Program-made: the position numbers and the translations under genes | Notes under the pieces: generated by a model | Database searches by the model: none | Told to the model about the DNA's origin: nothing | What the model saw: only the letters and a program-made list of their open reading frames with translations | Shown: one piece after another, positions 4,234-5,627 of the stretch | How the letters are laid out: each line of letters opens with the position of its first letter | How positions within the stretch are numbered: the stretch's first letter is position 1 | IMG/VR virus record: IMGVR_UViG_3300017770_005808 | DNA from: a virus | DNA length: 5,627 nucleotides | Strand: one strand, 5' to 3'

Positions 4234-5627
4234 TTACTTGACGATGCGAGCGCTATCGACCAAGTCTGTGATTTCCTGATAATCAGACGTTGCGTCTGTT
4301 TCCAACAACCGCTGTCCAAATACCGTATTGCCCGTAATTTCGATGTCTGAAATACACGTTATCTCAAAAGCGTCTGCGACCTGATCGCTAAACACTTTTT
4401 TATGCAAACCTGACACCAAATAAAAATCTTCCGACAAAGTCGGGTCAGTTTGTTCTACGGTCCAAATTTTTGCACGATCTGAATCGAACGCATCGCTTGC
4501 TGGTCGGTAATATTTACCACCCACATTTACCATATCGCGCTGATATTCATGATTTAACGGTGCATATCCAAACGTACCGTTTGGTGTACTGTGGTTAACG
4601 TCCAGGTGGTCATTTTTTACAACTGACACTTGTTCTGGATCCAAAACATCACGCAAATAATTTGGTAAATTATCTGGATTTGTTTCGTACAAGAAATAAT
4701 CTTTCTTGCGTTCCCACATCTGTTCCGGAACAATTTCCGCCGTAATCATTATTACACCGCCTGTATTCATTTGCGGTGTTCGAATTGAACATTCCACACT
4801 AGCAAATCCATTTGTAACACTTGTATCCAAATTTGCAGCGTCTGTTGCATAACGTTGATTATATCCAATCATTGTTGATTTTTTACTCAACAAAATTGGT
4901 TGCTTCATTGTTTCTTCTGGAACGCGAATGCCTTCCATCAACATGTCAATGATGTGCTCGTCATCAATCCCATCATACATGCTACGCACTTTAGCAAACG
5001 CTGCTGTTTTCTTTGCTTGATCAATATCCGCTAATGACATCGTAGCGTTGCCGCCAGACGTCAATTCCGCGTATAAATTATTCCAAACATGTTCTCCATC
5101 AGCATTTGTTGTTGTCGCGGGACTAGTCGTATCAGATGGCGTTCTATGACCATTATAATACAAAACATTCTGCGACACCAATGGCGCTTCAAACGTCAAA
5201 CCGTTTAACGCTACTTCGCCATCAATCAACTTTTGGTCAAAATCTGGAACAATATGATTATTGTCCAACGACCAAAACGCTTCTGCCAAATTATGATCAT
5301 AAGCATTGCGCAACGGCAGCGAAGCTGACCGAGCTTTACGTCTATGATTAACAATTGCATTATAAGCTTCAACAACTATACTGTTATTTTGAACTGAGTT
5401 AGTATGAAGCCCCATCATTTGGTAAAACGTTCCTCGACCATACGCATTAGACGTATCAAACGAACTGCTATTAGCAACTGTACCTACAGCGCTACCATCC
5501 CAATATTTATTGCTTTCAAAAAACGGAACCACACTTCCGCCAATGCCCGTTTCGCCTTTATATGACCGGTTCAATTCTTCCATAGAACCGTTAAAACGAT
5601 CAAACGCAAGCATTGGTACATAATGCG
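4234..5627 (-). CDS. VP1: Major capsid protein (F / VP1 jelly-roll), 5'-truncated by the window end; full gene = 349..1 joined to 5504..4234 on the circle, 539 aa
   Basis: The largest ORF in the window. The frame stays open past the track start (5613) to the window edge and continues in copy A at 1..349. The C-terminal half contains FGYAPLNHEYQRDMVNVGGKYYR, resembling the conserved FGYQ.R..EYR segment of gokushovirus VP1. Size and position are typical of Microviridae capsid genes. The stop TAA is at 4236..4234. Confidence 0.95.
   Translation of the reverse strand, partial: HYVPMLAFDRFNGSMEELNRSYKGETGIGGSVVPFFESNKYWDGSAVGTVANSSSFDTSNAYGRGTFYQMMGLHTNSVQNNSIVVEAYNAIVNHRRKARSASLPLRNAYDHNLAEAFWSLDNNHIVPDFDQKLIDGEVALNGLTFEAPLVSQNVLYYNGHRTPSDTTSPATTTNADGEHVWNNLYAELTSGGNATMSLADIDQAKKTAAFAKVRSMYDGIDDEHIIDMLMEGIRVPEETMKQPILLSKKSTMIGYNQRYATDAANLDTSVTNGFASVECSIRTPQMNTGGVIMITAEIVPEQMWERKKDYFLYETNPDNLPNYLRDVLDPEQVSVVKNDHLDVNHSTPNGTFGYAPLNHEYQRDMVNVGGKYYRPASDAFDSDRAKIWTVEQTDPTLSEDFYLVSGLHKKVFSDQVADAFEITCISDIEITGNTVFGQRLLETDATSDYQEITDLVDSARIVK
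5505..5627. repeat. Terminal redundancy copy B, identical to 1..123
   Basis: See copy A. The match is exact over 123 nt up to the window end. Confidence 0.95.

Noticed and set aside
298-5351. All eleven plus-strand ORFs in the track (298..480, 484..702, 872..1114, 1075..1335, 1778..1999, 2007..2195, 2278..2496, 2664..2936, 2991..3194, 3640..3858, 5136..5351)
   Set aside because: Nearly all lie antisense within longer, well-supported minus-strand genes, or across the small-ORF region or short intergenic spacers. At least one (298..480) uses a non-ATG start. Their products are low-complexity, Leu/Phe/Ser/Cys-rich sequences with no recognisable motifs. Microviruses encode all genes on one strand. 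They look like antisense shadow ORFs.
5611-5613. ATG at 5613 as the capsid start codon (as in the ORF track)
   Set aside because: The frame is open upstream to the window edge and continues for 80 more codons on the circle, to an ATG with a Shine-Dalgarno. The preceding residues (VDVMAHYVP) belong to a conserved capsid segment.
1-5627. CRISPR arrays, tRNA/rRNA genes, integrase/att sites, transposase
   Set aside because: There are no regularly spaced direct repeats and no cloverleaf-like or rRNA-like conserved segments. No ORF has recombinase or transposase motifs. The only HUH protein fits the microvirus VP4 architecture, not an IS200/IS91-type transposase context.

Overview
This window is one complete circular genome of a small ssDNA phage of the family Microviridae (gokushovirus-like, subfamily not assignable by eye). 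It is shown as the complement of the coding strand. Bases 1-123 are identical to 5505-5627, which is an assembly overlap, so the unit genome is 5504 nt. All credible genes lie on the minus strand and are tightly packed, with Shine-Dalgarno motifs and several overlapping stop/start junctions. In coding-strand order they are: (1) major capsid protein VP1, which crosses the circular junction and is 539 aa, not the 459 aa in the ORF track; (2) an orphan 182-aa protein; (3) a zinc peptidase M15 cell-wall hydrolase; (4) the HUH rolling-circle replication initiator VP4; (5) a 106-aa arginine-rich protein overprinted on the 3' end of VP4; (6) three very small hydrophobic ORFs of 64, 32 and 22 aa, two of them below the ORF-track cutoff; (7) the DNA pilot/minor capsid protein VP2. 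Non-coding sequence is limited to four short regions. Three of them carry clear secondary-structure elements: a terminator-like GC hairpin after VP1, a strong 13-bp hairpin between the peptidase and VP4, and a perfect 18-nt AT-rich palindrome in the largest intergenic region. The most interesting biology is a muralytic enzyme with no export signal together with the cluster of miniature membrane peptides. This suggests a holin-endolysin type lysis system, or an entry system, which is atypical for microviruses. All plus-strand ORFs in the track look like antisense shadows. I found no tRNA, rRNA, CRISPR array, integrase or transposase.
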